Source: Minisyncoccota bacterium (GTDB lineage: Bacteria > Patescibacteriota > Minisyncoccia > Phycocordibacterales > UBA9973). From it: a DNA stretch of 64,000 nucleotides. Positions 53,470 through 63,571 of this stretch are shown here, piece after piece. The notes below the pieces were generated by a model that had not been told where the DNA came from, searched no databases, and worked only from the letters and a program-made list of their open reading frames with translations. The stretch is taken from assembly GCA_041658325.1 (NCBI GenBank), contig JBBAAI010000001.1:27427-91426 (forward strand). The letters are read 5' to 3'. A program made the translations under genes and the position numbers. Position 1 is the first letter of the stretch, and the number at the start of each line of letters is the position of its first letter.

Positions 53470-54329
53470 ACGCCCATTCTAGCACATTTTATAATTATTG
53501 TGCCGAGTAAATCGGTGCGGAAAATTTGGACGCCAAATTTATTTAGTGTATTTAAAGTTTCCTGATGTGGATGACCATATTTATTATTTTTGCCATCTGA
53601 AATAAGCGCGTAGGTAGGTAAAATAGTTTCTACAAACTGGGTAGAGGTAGAAGTGCGCGAACCATGATGCCCGACTTTTAAAATAGTGCTCGCTAATTGC
53701 GTTTTTGAATTTTCTGCCAGAATAATTTTTTCTGTTTTACTCGGCGCATCCCCCATCAACATTATGGATTCCTCGCCATAAGTTAAACGCGCCACTACGG
53801 AACCATCATTCGTCGCCCAAGCAGAAACATCACGGTTCGGAAATAAAATATCAATAAATACTCCACCGCCCAAATCCAACCTCATTCCCCTTTTAGCTAA
53901 AATGTCTGGAATATTTTTCTTTTTTATTTCTTCTTTCAAATTTTGATAAGTTTTAGAGTCAGTTAAAGTTCCTGGCTCAAGAACAACTCCAACTTTATAA
54001 TTTTTTAAAATATCCAAAAACCCACCGATATGATCCGCGTCTGGATTGGTTATGACAATAGCATCAATGCTTTTATCAAAAGGCGACATAATTTTTTGTA
54101 GTGGTCCCAAAACTTTCCGCGCCGGCCCTGTATCAAACATAATTTGCGTACCTGTCGGTGATTCTATAAAAAGTGCGTCACCCTGACCGACGTCCAGCAT
54201 GGCAAAAGTAAATTGCCGGTGCGAATTTTGCCAATCCAAATAAACCAGAAAAACAACGATAAATAAAAGAAAAAATACGAATATTGATAACCAATATTTT
54301 TTAACAGAAAATTCGTTTTTTCCTTCCAT
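53454..54329 (-). CDS. membrane-anchored MBL-fold metallo-hydrolase (ComEC C-terminal beta-lactamase-like domain as separate protein)
   Basis: 291 aa, MLDVGQGDALFI and HxHxDH-like ADHIGG motifs. Confidence 0.7.
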   Translation of the reverse strand: MEGKNEFSVKKYWLSIFVFFLLFIVVFLVYLDWQNSHRQFTFAMLDVGQGDALFIESPTGTQIMFDTGPARKVLGPLQKIMSPFDKSIDAIVITNPDADHIGGFLDILKNYKVGVVLEPGTLTDSKTYQNLKEEIKKKNIPDILAKRGMRLDLGGGVFIDILFPNRDVSAWATNDGSVVARLTYGEESIMLMGDAPSKTEKIILAENSKTQLASTILKVGHHGSRTSTSTQFVETILPTYALISDGKNNKYGHPHQETLNTLNKFGVQIFRTDLLGTIIIKCARMGVCEIN

Positions 54330-54373
54330 GCTATAATGTTAGCATATTAGTAATTAACTAATTAATAAAAATT

Positions 54374-54964
54374 ATGCAAAAATTTGAAGAAATAAAATTT
54401 AATATTCTGGAACTAAAAGGCATCTCCAAGAAAAATATTGAGGAACATTTGAAACTCTATGCTGGATATGTAAAATCCACTAATTTGATTTGGGAGAAAA
54501 TCGGCGAACTCATGGCGGACTCCGAAAAAAATGTTTACGTCATCGGAGAAATGCAAAGAAGATTGGGTTTTGAATTTAATGGTATGCGAAATCATGAATA
54601 TTTTTTCAAATCATTGGAAGGTGGAGTGAAATCGCTTCCAGAAAATTCTGAATTTAAAAAAGAAATAGAAAAAGATCTACCATTTGAAAAATGGCTAGCT
54701 AATTTCAAAATGCTTGCGATGACACGTGGTCCCGGCTGGGCAGTACTTTATTGGGATAAACAGACAAAACAATTCGTGGCTACGTGGGTAGACGAGCATC
54801 ATATGGGTCAACTAAATAGCCTTTCCTGGATTCTCGGCATTGATATGTGGGAACATGCTTTCGTTTATGATTACCCAACGTCGGAAAAGAAAAAATACAT
54901 AGAAGCATTTTTCGAAAATCTAAACTGGGAAGTAATTGAAGAAAATTTCAAAAACGCTCAGTAA
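54374..54964 (+). CDS. Fe/Mn superoxide dismutase family protein
   Basis: 196 aa; NHEYFF (cf. NHSLFW), D-x-WEHAF-x-YDY (cf. DVWEHAYY) metal-ligand positions conserved. Confidence 0.55.
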   Translation: MQKFEEIKFNILELKGISKKNIEEHLKLYAGYVKSTNLIWEKIGELMADSEKNVYVIGEMQRRLGFEFNGMRNHEYFFKSLEGGVKSLPENSEFKKEIEKDLPFEKWLANFKMLAMTRGPGWAVLYWDKQTKQFVATWVDEHHMGQLNSLSWILGIDMWEHAFVYDYPTSEKKKYIEAFFENLNWEVIEENFKNAQ

Positions 54965-56441
54965 AAAATTCTTTTATATTCTTCCCAAAAAGTCTATAAA
55001 TAAAATAGATGTAAATTATCAGTGTAAGCCAAAGCGGAAAATTCGGGAAGGAAAATGAAGCAAAGGGTAAATTAGAGAAAAAACTGATAACACCAAGTTC
55101 ATAATGCAAGAATAAATACGAGATAAAACCAAATGGCACAGCCAGAACATACCAAATTAAACCAACAAAACCTGTGATAAAGCCGAGCAACATCGTAAAC
55201 GGAATAAACGGCAAAATTAAAATATTCGCCGGCAAGGCAACGAGTGAAAAGTTCCCCATTTTATAAAGAATAAAAGGAAAGACAAAAATATACGCAGCAC
55301 AGGTGACAGAAACAATATCCCGCAAACCGAAACTTTTCGTAACCCAGGTAAAATATTTTTCAATTCTAGGCGCCAGAAATATTACGGCAACGGTGGCGAT
55401 AAAAGAAAGTTGAAAAGAAACATCAAAAGCAAGAAGAAAGGGATTTAAAATTATCATAAATACTCCTGCGAGAATTAATGCTCTCGCTACATCATAATTT
55501 CTCCCCGTAGCCCGCGCAATGAGCGCCAAGGTCGCCATTATCCCCGCGCGGATAGCCGTCGAGCTCGCGCCTGTCATTAAAACAAATAACATAATCGCCA
55601 AAATTCCAGTCCAAATAGCAAAATTTATCGGCAAGAAAGCAAATAATTTCATAATCCACTCTGCGACGATGGTCACATTATAACCAGAGAGCGCAACGAT
55701 GTGTATCGTGCCAGTATTCACAAAACTTTGTCGCATAGGTTCATCAAAAGCAGATTTTTCCCCTAAAATAAGCCCGCCCATTAATAAATTCTCCGGAGTA
55801 TTTATGGCAAAGTTCATTTTTTCTAAAAACTTTTCTTTCACAAAGAAAAGTGCACTCTGTATAAAATTGCCATTACCACGTGAGATGATTTCAATTTTTG
55901 GATAACCCATTACATATAAAATTCCATCTTTGCGAAGATAATTTACATAATCAAATTCTTTGCCCGTGTCGGTAATAAAGTCCTCTGGCTTTTCCAGTTT
56001 TCCGGAAAAGTTTATTTCATCTCCATATTTGTATTCAGTATCTAAACCAGTAGTTATTAAAATTTCAGTTTCAACATTCCCTTCCTCTGTTTCCACTGTT
56101 AGTTGCTGACTGTTTTCTTTAATATTCGGCTCGTCCACAAGTTCTCCGAAAAAAGAAACTTTCTGCCCTGCCTGCGCAGGCAGGCTCACCTGCGACTCAA
56201 ATACGGGTGGATTAGGTACATCAACCATCTGAAACCTAAAAATTCCAAAAGAGAAAGCTAAAATAAAAATTGAAACTAAAATTCCCCACTTGTTCTTGCT
56301 AATTAAACTAAAAAATAAACATAAAGCTACGGCAATAACTGAACACAAAATAGCAAAATATAAATTTACAAAAACAACGGAACGCAAAAGGACTCCGAAC
56401 AAAAATCCGAAGCATGTTATGTAAAAAATTTTATCCCGCAT
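54948..56441 (-). CDS. comEC: ComEC/Rec2 competence channel protein (DUF4131 OB + competence domain, no MBL domain)
   Basis: 497 aa, polytopic membrane with ComEC competence-domain pattern; carries in-frame GC palindrome. Confidence 0.7.
   Translation of the reverse strand: MRDKIFYITCFGFLFGVLLRSVVFVNLYFAILCSVIAVALCLFFSLISKNKWGILVSIFILAFSFGIFRFQMVDVPNPPVFESQVSLPAQAGQKVSFFGELVDEPNIKENSQQLTVETEEGNVETEILITTGLDTEYKYGDEINFSGKLEKPEDFITDTGKEFDYVNYLRKDGILYVMGYPKIEIISRGNGNFIQSALFFVKEKFLEKMNFAINTPENLLMGGLILGEKSAFDEPMRQSFVNTGTIHIVALSGYNVTIVAEWIMKLFAFLPINFAIWTGILAIMLFVLMTGASSTAIRAGIMATLALIARATGRNYDVARALILAGVFMIILNPFLLAFDVSFQLSFIATVAVIFLAPRIEKYFTWVTKSFGLRDIVSVTCAAYIFVFPFILYKMGNFSLVALPANILILPFIPFTMLLGFITGFVGLIWYVLAVPFGFISYLFLHYELGVISFFSNLPFASFSFPNFPLWLTLIIYIYFIYRLFGKNIKEFFTERF
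56167..56184. repeat. GC palindrome cctgcctgcgcaggcagg inside comEC (codes LPAQAG)
   Basis: identical 18-mer to ileS 44835..44852. Confidence 0.8.
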
Positions 56442-56446
56442 ATTTT

Positions 56447-56911
56447 TTATTTTTTAAGTTTTACGGGTGCGTCATCGGCGAAACTGGTAGCAATCTCATC
56501 TACTCTGTCATTATGTTTGTGTCCACTGTGACCTTCTACATAAGTCCATTTTGGTTTTAATTCTTCGGTAAGTTTATATAACTCTTCCCAGAGTTCTCGA
56601 TTTAGGACTGGTTTTTTCGCGGCGTTCCGCCAGTTATTTTTCTGCCAATTATAAATCCATTCAGTAATTCCTAAAATTACATATTTTGAATCAGAGAAAA
56701 TTTCTATTGCACCACTTATTTTGTGTTTTTTCGCATACTTAAGCGCTTCTGTCGGAGCGGTTAATTCCATTTGATTGTTCGTCGCGTGATCTTTCCTGCC
56801 ACCAAGCTCAATAGTCTTACCATCAAAAAACAAGATGACCCCCCACCCCGCGGGCCCCGGATTCCCCCTCGCTGCTCCATCAGTATAAATAATTATTTTA
56901 TCTTTTATCAT
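56447..56911 (-). CDS. rnhA: ribonuclease HI
   Basis: 154 aa, DGAARGNPGPAGWG start, DEDD-type RNase H residues. Confidence 0.85.
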   Translation of the reverse strand: MIKDKIIIYTDGAARGNPGPAGWGVILFFDGKTIELGGRKDHATNNQMELTAPTEALKYAKKHKISGAIEIFSDSKYVILGITEWIYNWQKNNWRNAAKKPVLNRELWEELYKLTEELKPKWTYVEGHSGHKHNDRVDEIATSFADDAPVKLKK

Positions 56912-56915
56912 AAAT

Positions 56916-58565
56916 TTATATTATATCAACAATTCTTAATCTTAACTCCTCTCTGCCCCTAAACCTAGATAAATCAAAAGTCGCAAGTAGATTTACATTA
57001 ATGCTTTCAGCCAGAGTTTTTTCAAAGGAATCATGATTAGAAAAAAAAGAAATACCTTTAACTTTATTAGATGAATCAGAGAAGACAATTTCTAAATGCT
57101 CCCCGGATCCATTTTTGCCAAATTTTTTTATTTTTTCTATTTTTACATTTTCAAAAAGAAAAACTAGCTTTGGATTTCCAAATCCAAAAGGTGACATTTT
57201 TTCTATCTCCTTCCAATTTTTCATATTTACTATGCTCAAATCAGATTTGATATCATAATTTACTACTTCTTCTTTCTTGCCTCGTTTTACTTTATGAAAT
57301 GAAAGAGAAAGTGCTTCTTCTAAAAAATGAATTTTCTCATTATGCACCGTAAAACCTCCTGCGAGTTCGTGCCCACCGAAATCAATAAATGATTCACTGG
57401 TTTCTGTCATAAGTTCCACAATGGACACTGAGCCGTCGCTCCGACAAGAGCCTTTAATACAATCATTCTCATCTTTACCCCAAACAAAAACAGGTTTCTT
57501 GTATTCATCTGATATTTTCCCCGCCACCAATCCCAACACACCCACTTTCCATTTCGGATTACCTATCACCATTACTTCTTTATGCTCATAATCTTCTAAC
57601 TTCTTGTGCACCTCACGCATAATAGAGGTCACAGTAGTTTTTCTGTCATCGTTTATCTTGGATAAGTGGTTTGCAAGAGTGCCTGCTTCAGCTTCATCGT
57701 CGGTAGCCAGAAGTTCGTAAGCGCGCATCGGGTCATCCATGCGCGAGGCAGCGTTGAGTCGTGGAGTTACCATAAAACCAATGTCGTCCTCGGATAAATA
57801 TCTCTGGTCAATGTTCATTTTCGCTAGAAGTTTTTGCAAACCCGGACGCGGAGATTTTTTCAGGACCTTCATCCCAAAATATGAGATAACTCTATTTTCA
57901 TCCACAAGCGGAACCATGTCGGAAAGCGTCGCGAGCCCCGCCATATCCAGCATCCATTTTTCTTTTCCTTCTTTGATATTAAAATACTCGCCATATTTTT
58001 TTATAAATCCTTGCGCCAGTTTAAAAACCACACCCGCCCCACATAACATTTTCTCTGGATAGGCATCTACTTTTGGATTCAAAATTGCATACGCTCGAGG
58101 TAAATTTTCTTGTGATAAATGATGGTCCGTAATTATCACATTAATACCATCCACTTCCGCCTGTGCTACTTCTGCTACAGCCGTAATGCCAAGGTCAACA
58201 GTAATTAAAAGTTTCACTTCAGATTTCGCAAATTGTTTTATCGCTTCTAGATTAAGCCCGTACCCTTCAGAGTTTCTTTGTGGTATATAAACTTCATAAT
58301 TTTTATACCCGACTAATTTAAATAAATCATTCAAAATCACCGCACCTGGGATACCGTCACAATCATAATCTGCATAAACTACTATTTTTTCTTTCGCCTC
58401 TATTGCTTCAAATATCCGCACACAAGCCCTCTCCATATCTTTCATCAAAAAAGGGTCGTGAAAATCACGTTCATAATCAGGGTTCAAAAAAATCTCGGCC
58501 TGTGCTTGATTGTTTATTCCTCTCTTCTGTAAGAGCTCTCTCAGTAATTCGCCATATTTTTGCAT
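56916..58565 (-). CDS. recJ: single-stranded-DNA-specific exonuclease RecJ
   Basis: 549 aa, DHH motifs (VYADYDCDG, ITDHH), DHHA1 domain. Confidence 0.85.
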   Translation of the reverse strand: MQKYGELLRELLQKRGINNQAQAEIFLNPDYERDFHDPFLMKDMERACVRIFEAIEAKEKIVVYADYDCDGIPGAVILNDLFKLVGYKNYEVYIPQRNSEGYGLNLEAIKQFAKSEVKLLITVDLGITAVAEVAQAEVDGINVIITDHHLSQENLPRAYAILNPKVDAYPEKMLCGAGVVFKLAQGFIKKYGEYFNIKEGKEKWMLDMAGLATLSDMVPLVDENRVISYFGMKVLKKSPRPGLQKLLAKMNIDQRYLSEDDIGFMVTPRLNAASRMDDPMRAYELLATDDEAEAGTLANHLSKINDDRKTTVTSIMREVHKKLEDYEHKEVMVIGNPKWKVGVLGLVAGKISDEYKKPVFVWGKDENDCIKGSCRSDGSVSIVELMTETSESFIDFGGHELAGGFTVHNEKIHFLEEALSLSFHKVKRGKKEEVVNYDIKSDLSIVNMKNWKEIEKMSPFGFGNPKLVFLFENVKIEKIKKFGKNGSGEHLEIVFSDSSNKVKGISFFSNHDSFEKTLAESINVNLLATFDLSRFRGREELRLRIVDII

Positions 58566-58601
58566 AGGTGAAATTCTAACATAATTTGATATAATAATCT
58601 T

Positions 58602-59006
58602 ATGGAAAAAAATGATTGTATTTTTTGTAAAATTGCCAAAGAGGAAATCCCTAGCGAAAAAGTCTATGAGGACGAAGATTTTTTTGCTTTTATGGACAAT
58701 AAACCATTAAATCCAGGACATGTACTTTTAATTCCTAAAAAACACGTTAAATGGGTAAATGATTACGAGCCGTTTGCTAAATATTGGGAAACTGCAAGAA
58801 AATTATCCCGAACAATACAAAAAGCCCTTAACCCGATTATTGTCTCCTATATTGTTTATGGATTAGGCGTGTCTCATGCGCACATACATTTAATTCCTAA
58901 ATTTGATGGTGATCAACAAATTCACGGTCCAGACCCAGAAAAAATAATAGAATATAAAGAAGGCGAGATGCACGAGGTTGCTCAAAAAATTATCCGAGCG
59001 CTTTGA
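58602..59006 (+). CDS. HIT family hydrolase
   Basis: 134 aa, histidine triad HAHIHLIP. Confidence 0.85.
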   Translation: MEKNDCIFCKIAKEEIPSEKVYEDEDFFAFMDNKPLNPGHVLLIPKKHVKWVNDYEPFAKYWETARKLSRTIQKALNPIIVSYIVYGLGVSHAHIHLIPKFDGDQQIHGPDPEKIIEYKEGEMHEVAQKIIRAL

Positions 59007-60054
59007 TGCCTGGCAGAGTTCCATTCGCAAGAAAATCCAACGTGGCTCCACCACCAGTAGAAACAAAAGAAAATTTCTTTTCCATTTTCATTTTGGAAAT
59101 TATAGTAACTGTATCACCCCCACCAATGATACTTTCCGCTTTCGATGTAGCAACTAATTTTAATATTTTTTTAGTAGATCCCGCTCCCCCATCTTCATAC
59201 TTGCCAAGTGGTCCATTCCAAAGAATAAGTTTTGATTCTTTAATTAGAGAGGTCAGTTTTTTTACCGACTCTTTTCCAATATCTAAAATAATTTCATCTC
59301 TCCCAATTTGATTTATTTTTTTAGTAATTAATTTATCCCCCGATTTTACAATCACATCACTCGGCAAAGTTAGTTTTTTATTCTTAATAATTTTTTTAAT
59401 ATCATAATCTGCACCGTCAACGAGAGACTTTCCGATTTCATATCCTTTTACCTTTAGAAAATCATCTGCGAGCGCTCCACCCACAAAAACATAATCTGCT
59501 AACTTTAAATATTTTTTAATTAACGGCATTTTAGTAGAAAATTTAGCTCCTCCTAAAATAAACAAAAACGGATGCTTAATTTTATTAAAAGCATGAGATA
59601 AATTTTCCACTTCTTCTTCAAGCTGAAAACCAGCAAAACTTGGAAGATATTTCGGCAGTGAAATTATCGAGGCATGCTCTCTGTGAGAAACTGAGAAGGC
59701 ATCATTCACATAGATGTCTCCCACGGCTGCCAGCTCTTTAACAAAAATCTGATCGTTTTTCTTTTCACCAGGAAATTTTCTGATATTATCTAAAAATGTA
59801 ACTTTGTTTTTAGCTATTTTGGAAACTGCAAAAAATTTTCTTATTACTGGAGCAAGACTAGCGGTGCCATCTTCCCCAAGATGAGTAATTAGAATCACTT
59901 TTGCGCCTCCTTTAAGCAAAAAATTAATAGAAGGTAAAGAAGCTCGAATACGAAAATCATCTTCTACTTTGCCATTTCTGATGGGCACATTAAAATCCAC
60001 TCGCAAAAGCACAGTTTTTCCTTTTAGGTTTTTTATTTGTTTAAGGTTTCGCAT
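58990..60054 (-). CDS. pgk: phosphoglycerate kinase (short form)
   Basis: 354 aa, LLRVDFNVP N-domain motif, C-terminal GGGDT.. nucleotide motif; overlaps tpiA by 22 nt. Confidence 0.85.
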   Translation of the reverse strand: MRNLKQIKNLKGKTVLLRVDFNVPIRNGKVEDDFRIRASLPSINFLLKGGAKVILITHLGEDGTASLAPVIRKFFAVSKIAKNKVTFLDNIRKFPGEKKNDQIFVKELAAVGDIYVNDAFSVSHREHASIISLPKYLPSFAGFQLEEEVENLSHAFNKIKHPFLFILGGAKFSTKMPLIKKYLKLADYVFVGGALADDFLKVKGYEIGKSLVDGADYDIKKIIKNKKLTLPSDVIVKSGDKLITKKINQIGRDEIILDIGKESVKKLTSLIKESKLILWNGPLGKYEDGGAGSTKKILKLVATSKAESIIGGGDTVTIISKMKMEKKFSFVSTGGGATLDFLANGTLPGIKALG

Positions 60055-60797
60055 GTTTTAATTATTTCTACAAACTTTTTTACATCTAAAGAAGCACGGC
60101 CGGAAAGTAACCCATCTACTCCGCCGTTTTGCAAAAAGTCTCCCGCGTCCTTTTCGTTAACGGAACCTCCATAAAGAATTCTAGTACGAGATGCGTCCTT
60201 GCCGAATTTGTCAGAAAGAACTTTACGAATAAAAATGCTCATCTCTCTTGAATCATCTGCGGTAGCATCTTTGCGGTTTGGGGTGCTAGAAATCGCCCAA
60301 ATCGGTTCATAAGCAATTATTATTTTAGAAATTGAACTCTTTTGGACCCCAGCTAAACATTCTTCCAACTCTATCTTAACTAAATTAAAATAGCCATGGT
60401 TTTCATCTCTTACTTTTTCTCCTACACACAATATCGGCCGTAGTCCGGCCACAAGTGATGCTTTTATTTTTTTATTTATATCATTGTTGTTTTCTCCCAT
60501 TGCTCGTCTTTCTGAATGACCCAAAATTACATATCTAACCCCAATTTCATAAAGCATTTCAGGGGATATTTCGCCAGTAAAAGCACCGGTATCTCCTAAA
60601 AAGGTATTTTGAGCACCTAAAATTATCTTCCGAGAAAGTTTTTTTAATTTTTCTACATATAAAAAAGGCGGACAAATTATAATTTCTGTTTTTTTAATGT
60701 TAGAAATTTCTTTGGCCACACCAGAAAACAATTTTTCCGCTTCTTTTAAAGAAAGAGGGTTCATTTTCCAGTTTCCTGTAATAATTTTTTTAGACAT
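60033..60797 (-). CDS. tpiA: triosephosphate isomerase
   Basis: 254 aa, GNWKMN, GHSERR, AYEPIWAI. Confidence 0.9.
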   Translation of the reverse strand: MSKKIITGNWKMNPLSLKEAEKLFSGVAKEISNIKKTEIIICPPFLYVEKLKKLSRKIILGAQNTFLGDTGAFTGEISPEMLYEIGVRYVILGHSERRAMGENNNDINKKIKASLVAGLRPILCVGEKVRDENHGYFNLVKIELEECLAGVQKSSISKIIIAYEPIWAISSTPNRKDATADDSREMSIFIRKVLSDKFGKDASRTRILYGGSVNEKDAGDFLQNGGVDGLLSGRASLDVKKFVEIIKTCETLNK

Positions 60798-60830
60798 GAG
60801 AGAATTGTATCATATTTTAAAAAATATATT

Positions 60831-62099
60831 TTATTGGCTTTCCATCCAACTATCCACCACCCATGAACCAGAAGGACCACTTGTAAAAATAGGGCCAATC
60901 AAACCACTACCATAGTCAAAATGAGTATTATTACTTAGCTCTATTTTTTTGCCTACTGCTTCTTTAACCGAAGCATTATTTTTAAAATAAACTGTACCCT
61001 TTTGGGCGTTTACGATAGCTATGCTCGAGTTGTTCATAACTTCTATGGCACTATGCCCATTGCAGGGATCTTCTAAAGAACTGGCATCGCACGTGCTATC
61101 TGATAAAAGCAAAATATAACTACCAACAGTACCAGAATCTTCAAAAATTACATTATTATTAATAATGATGTAGCCATCAGACATGATAATCCCTGATGTC
61201 TCTCCAAAAGAAGAATCCAATTTAAGCGTACTATTAATAATGACATCCCCTGTTACATATATAGTATTTGCGATAGTAAGTGTACTGTTAATAAACAAAT
61301 CGCCAATTATTTTTCTTGGACCAAGGATCGTCGGAGAGGAAATTGTTACATTGCCGTTTGTTATTCCACCATTTTCTGCATCAATTTTCCACTCAGCTAT
61401 TTGCTCATCAGACAAAGGAAGATCTTGAACGACAGGATCTATTTGCGATGTATCACAAGCTTTATTGTTGCCAAAACCTATCTGACAATAAAGAGCACCA
61501 GTAACAGTAGAGTTCATAACGCTATGAGCGTGTGCCTCACCAATATTATCATAACCAATACGCATATTTGTAATTGATCCAGTTGCGCCAGCAACATAAG
61601 CATCGCCAGTAACATATGCACCATTTGAGCCAACAATATTTCCGTTAGAATATAAACTACCATTTATATATGAATTGTTTTGAAAAACAAAACCACCTTC
61701 CCCGGCCTGTGTGCCATATTTAAAAACAACTCCCTCTCCTGTTTTGAGTATTATGTTAGTTTTTCTTTCTAACCCCATCACGTCGCCAGTCGAAATAATT
61801 TCTTTGGTATTACCTAAAAGAGTAATTATGGTCGTATTCACTGAGTTAGAATCAAGTGTGATTGTTTCACTTTCTCCGATCGTCATGTTCTTCATAATGC
61901 GATATGTTGCATCCTCACATCCAGACTCTGCTAAAAAATACGATTTTTTTGAATTTAAGTTCACGTTGGCATTTCTAAATTCTCGAATTGTAGGAGAAAC
62001 AAGTCCAGAAATTATTGCTAAGGAGATAAAAAGAAAGAAAATCACAGATATAAGCATGGCTGCACCCGACTGATTGTTTATTTTTCTTGAATTTTTCAT
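60831..62099 (-). CDS. large pilus-associated hypothetical protein (possible PilX-like minor pilin)
   Basis: 422 aa, N-terminal hydrophobic segment after short basic leader, beta-rich body; sits in pilin cluster. Confidence 0.4.
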   Translation of the reverse strand: MKNSRKINNQSGAAMLISVIFFLFISLAIISGLVSPTIREFRNANVNLNSKKSYFLAESGCEDATYRIMKNMTIGESETITLDSNSVNTTIITLLGNTKEIISTGDVMGLERKTNIILKTGEGVVFKYGTQAGEGGFVFQNNSYINGSLYSNGNIVGSNGAYVTGDAYVAGATGSITNMRIGYDNIGEAHAHSVMNSTVTGALYCQIGFGNNKACDTSQIDPVVQDLPLSDEQIAEWKIDAENGGITNGNVTISSPTILGPRKIIGDLFINSTLTIANTIYVTGDVIINSTLKLDSSFGETSGIIMSDGYIIINNNVIFEDSGTVGSYILLLSDSTCDASSLEDPCNGHSAIEVMNNSSIAIVNAQKGTVYFKNNASVKEAVGKKIELSNNTHFDYGSGLIGPIFTSGPSGSWVVDSWMESQ

Positions 62100-62140
62100 T
62101 TTTTCTTTATAACTTTCTACTTTATAAACTTTTTAACTAA

Positions 62141-62650
62141 TCAATAACTACCTCTTAAAACAACTGTGTCATAAAAATCTTGCGTGCGACTCAATATATC
62201 ATTGGCAGACTTAATTGTTAAAAATACCCTTATCGCTTTTCCTTTAGCTGTGGTTATTTGAGTAAAAGTCAGAGCTGAGACAATTATATTCGGTGTGTTC
62301 AAATTTCCAATATTAATTCCAGCATCCCAAAGCTGGATATCTGAACCAACTAATTTAAATTCTATTATTTTTTCTACCCCATCATCATCTTTGGTGTTGA
62401 GTTTTAAATCAGCCTCTGTGCTTGTCACATCTATATCATAAGATGTCCTTATTTCTCGCGACATTCTTTCCATCATAGTTCCGCTTTGTACAAACTCTGC
62501 TTGGATAGAAGTTTCTCTAAAAGATCTAGCCATCGTAATCATGGCATCGATAACTACCAAAGAAAGAACGACAAAAAGAGAAATATAGAAAATAAGTTCT
62601 AAAACAGCATAACCATTCCCCTTTTTTTGTTTTTCAAAAATTTTAATCAT
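62141..62650 (-). CDS. prepilin-type (pseudopilin-like) protein
   Basis: KGNG|YAVLELIFYISL N-terminus resembles class III signal (G then E at +5); start trimmed to MIKIFEK. Confidence 0.5.
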   Translation of the reverse strand: MIKIFEKQKKGNGYAVLELIFYISLFVVLSLVVIDAMITMARSFRETSIQAEFVQSGTMMERMSREIRTSYDIDVTSTEADLKLNTKDDDGVEKIIEFKLVGSDIQLWDAGINIGNLNTPNIIVSALTFTQITTAKGKAIRVFLTIKSANDILSRTQDFYDTVVLRGSY

Positions 62651-63069
62651 GAAAAAATATTCATTATATAAAATTGCAAGGTCTTTGTTATCGTGACTCC
62701 TCCTTCTGGCCAAGATACAGTAACGACAATTAATTTTGTTCCAGGATCATCTGTTCCTATAACAGAAATATCTTTAGTGGTATTGTCACGATTTACACTC
62801 GAAGCAACAATTGCCCTAGTGAAAATACCTATTTGCTCTGAAGAATTCAGCGTAGCCGCATTATTCCAAGCATTATCTCGCGCAATTCGCGCATTCTCTG
62901 CCCCTTCTTCAAGCAAAAATGCCGCCTGAGTTGCATGAAACGCCTGGCGAGAAACATAAACAGATTTTTGGGCGACCGCCATCGCAACTAAAATAGAAAC
63001 GGTCATAATCGAAACAGCCATCAACACTTCGACTATCATGAATCCGTTATTTTTAATTATTTTTTTCAT
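62647..63069 (-). CDS. type IV pilin/pseudopilin
   Basis: MKKIIKNNG|FMIVEVLMAVSIM prepilin cleavage/methylation N-terminus. Confidence 0.65.
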   Translation of the reverse strand: MKKIIKNNGFMIVEVLMAVSIMTVSILVAMAVAQKSVYVSRQAFHATQAAFLLEEGAENARIARDNAWNNAATLNSSEQIGIFTRAIVASSVNRDNTTKDISVIGTDDPGTKLIVVTVSWPEGGVTITKTLQFYIMNIFS

Positions 63070-63096
63070 TTTATTTAATTCAAATTTTTCTAAACA

Positions 63097-63567
63097 TTAA
63101 TTTTCACTGACAGCTCCCGTAGTAAAAATTGTAATAATTTTAGAAAAAGAAGAAGTGGAAATAGTAACAGTGCCAGTTTGATTTGATGACCCAGAAAGAC
63201 GATTGAAATATACATCTCCAGAATTTCCACTTATTCCAGATAAAGTAACATTTGAAATAGTGGCAGGAGCTATGATGTTTATCGTTTCATTGTTCAAATC
63301 ATCAACAGAAAAAACTATACCTTTAAAAATTATAACTTTATCAGACTGAAAATGCACACCATAAGAAGAAGAATCCATAGATGCCAGTGTTTGCACTCGT
63401 GCTTTATTCAAACTCGACAAAACATCATTTGTTGCACTTTTAAGTACCTGATTTTCTCTTATCTTAGAAAATTGTGGAATTACAATTGCAAAGATAATAC
63501 CCAAAACGGCGAGTACAACCAATAATTCTAAAGCTGTTATTCCCCTCTTGAAATGATTTATTATCAT
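63097..63567 (-). CDS. type IV pilin/pseudopilin
   Basis: MIINHFKRG|ITALELLVVLAVLGII prepilin N-terminus. Confidence 0.7.
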   Translation of the reverse strand: MIINHFKRGITALELLVVLAVLGIIFAIVIPQFSKIRENQVLKSATNDVLSSLNKARVQTLASMDSSSYGVHFQSDKVIIFKGIVFSVDDLNNETINIIAPATISNVTLSGISGNSGDVYFNRLSGSSNQTGTVTISTSSFSKIITIFTTGAVSEN

Positions 63568-63571
63568 ACTA

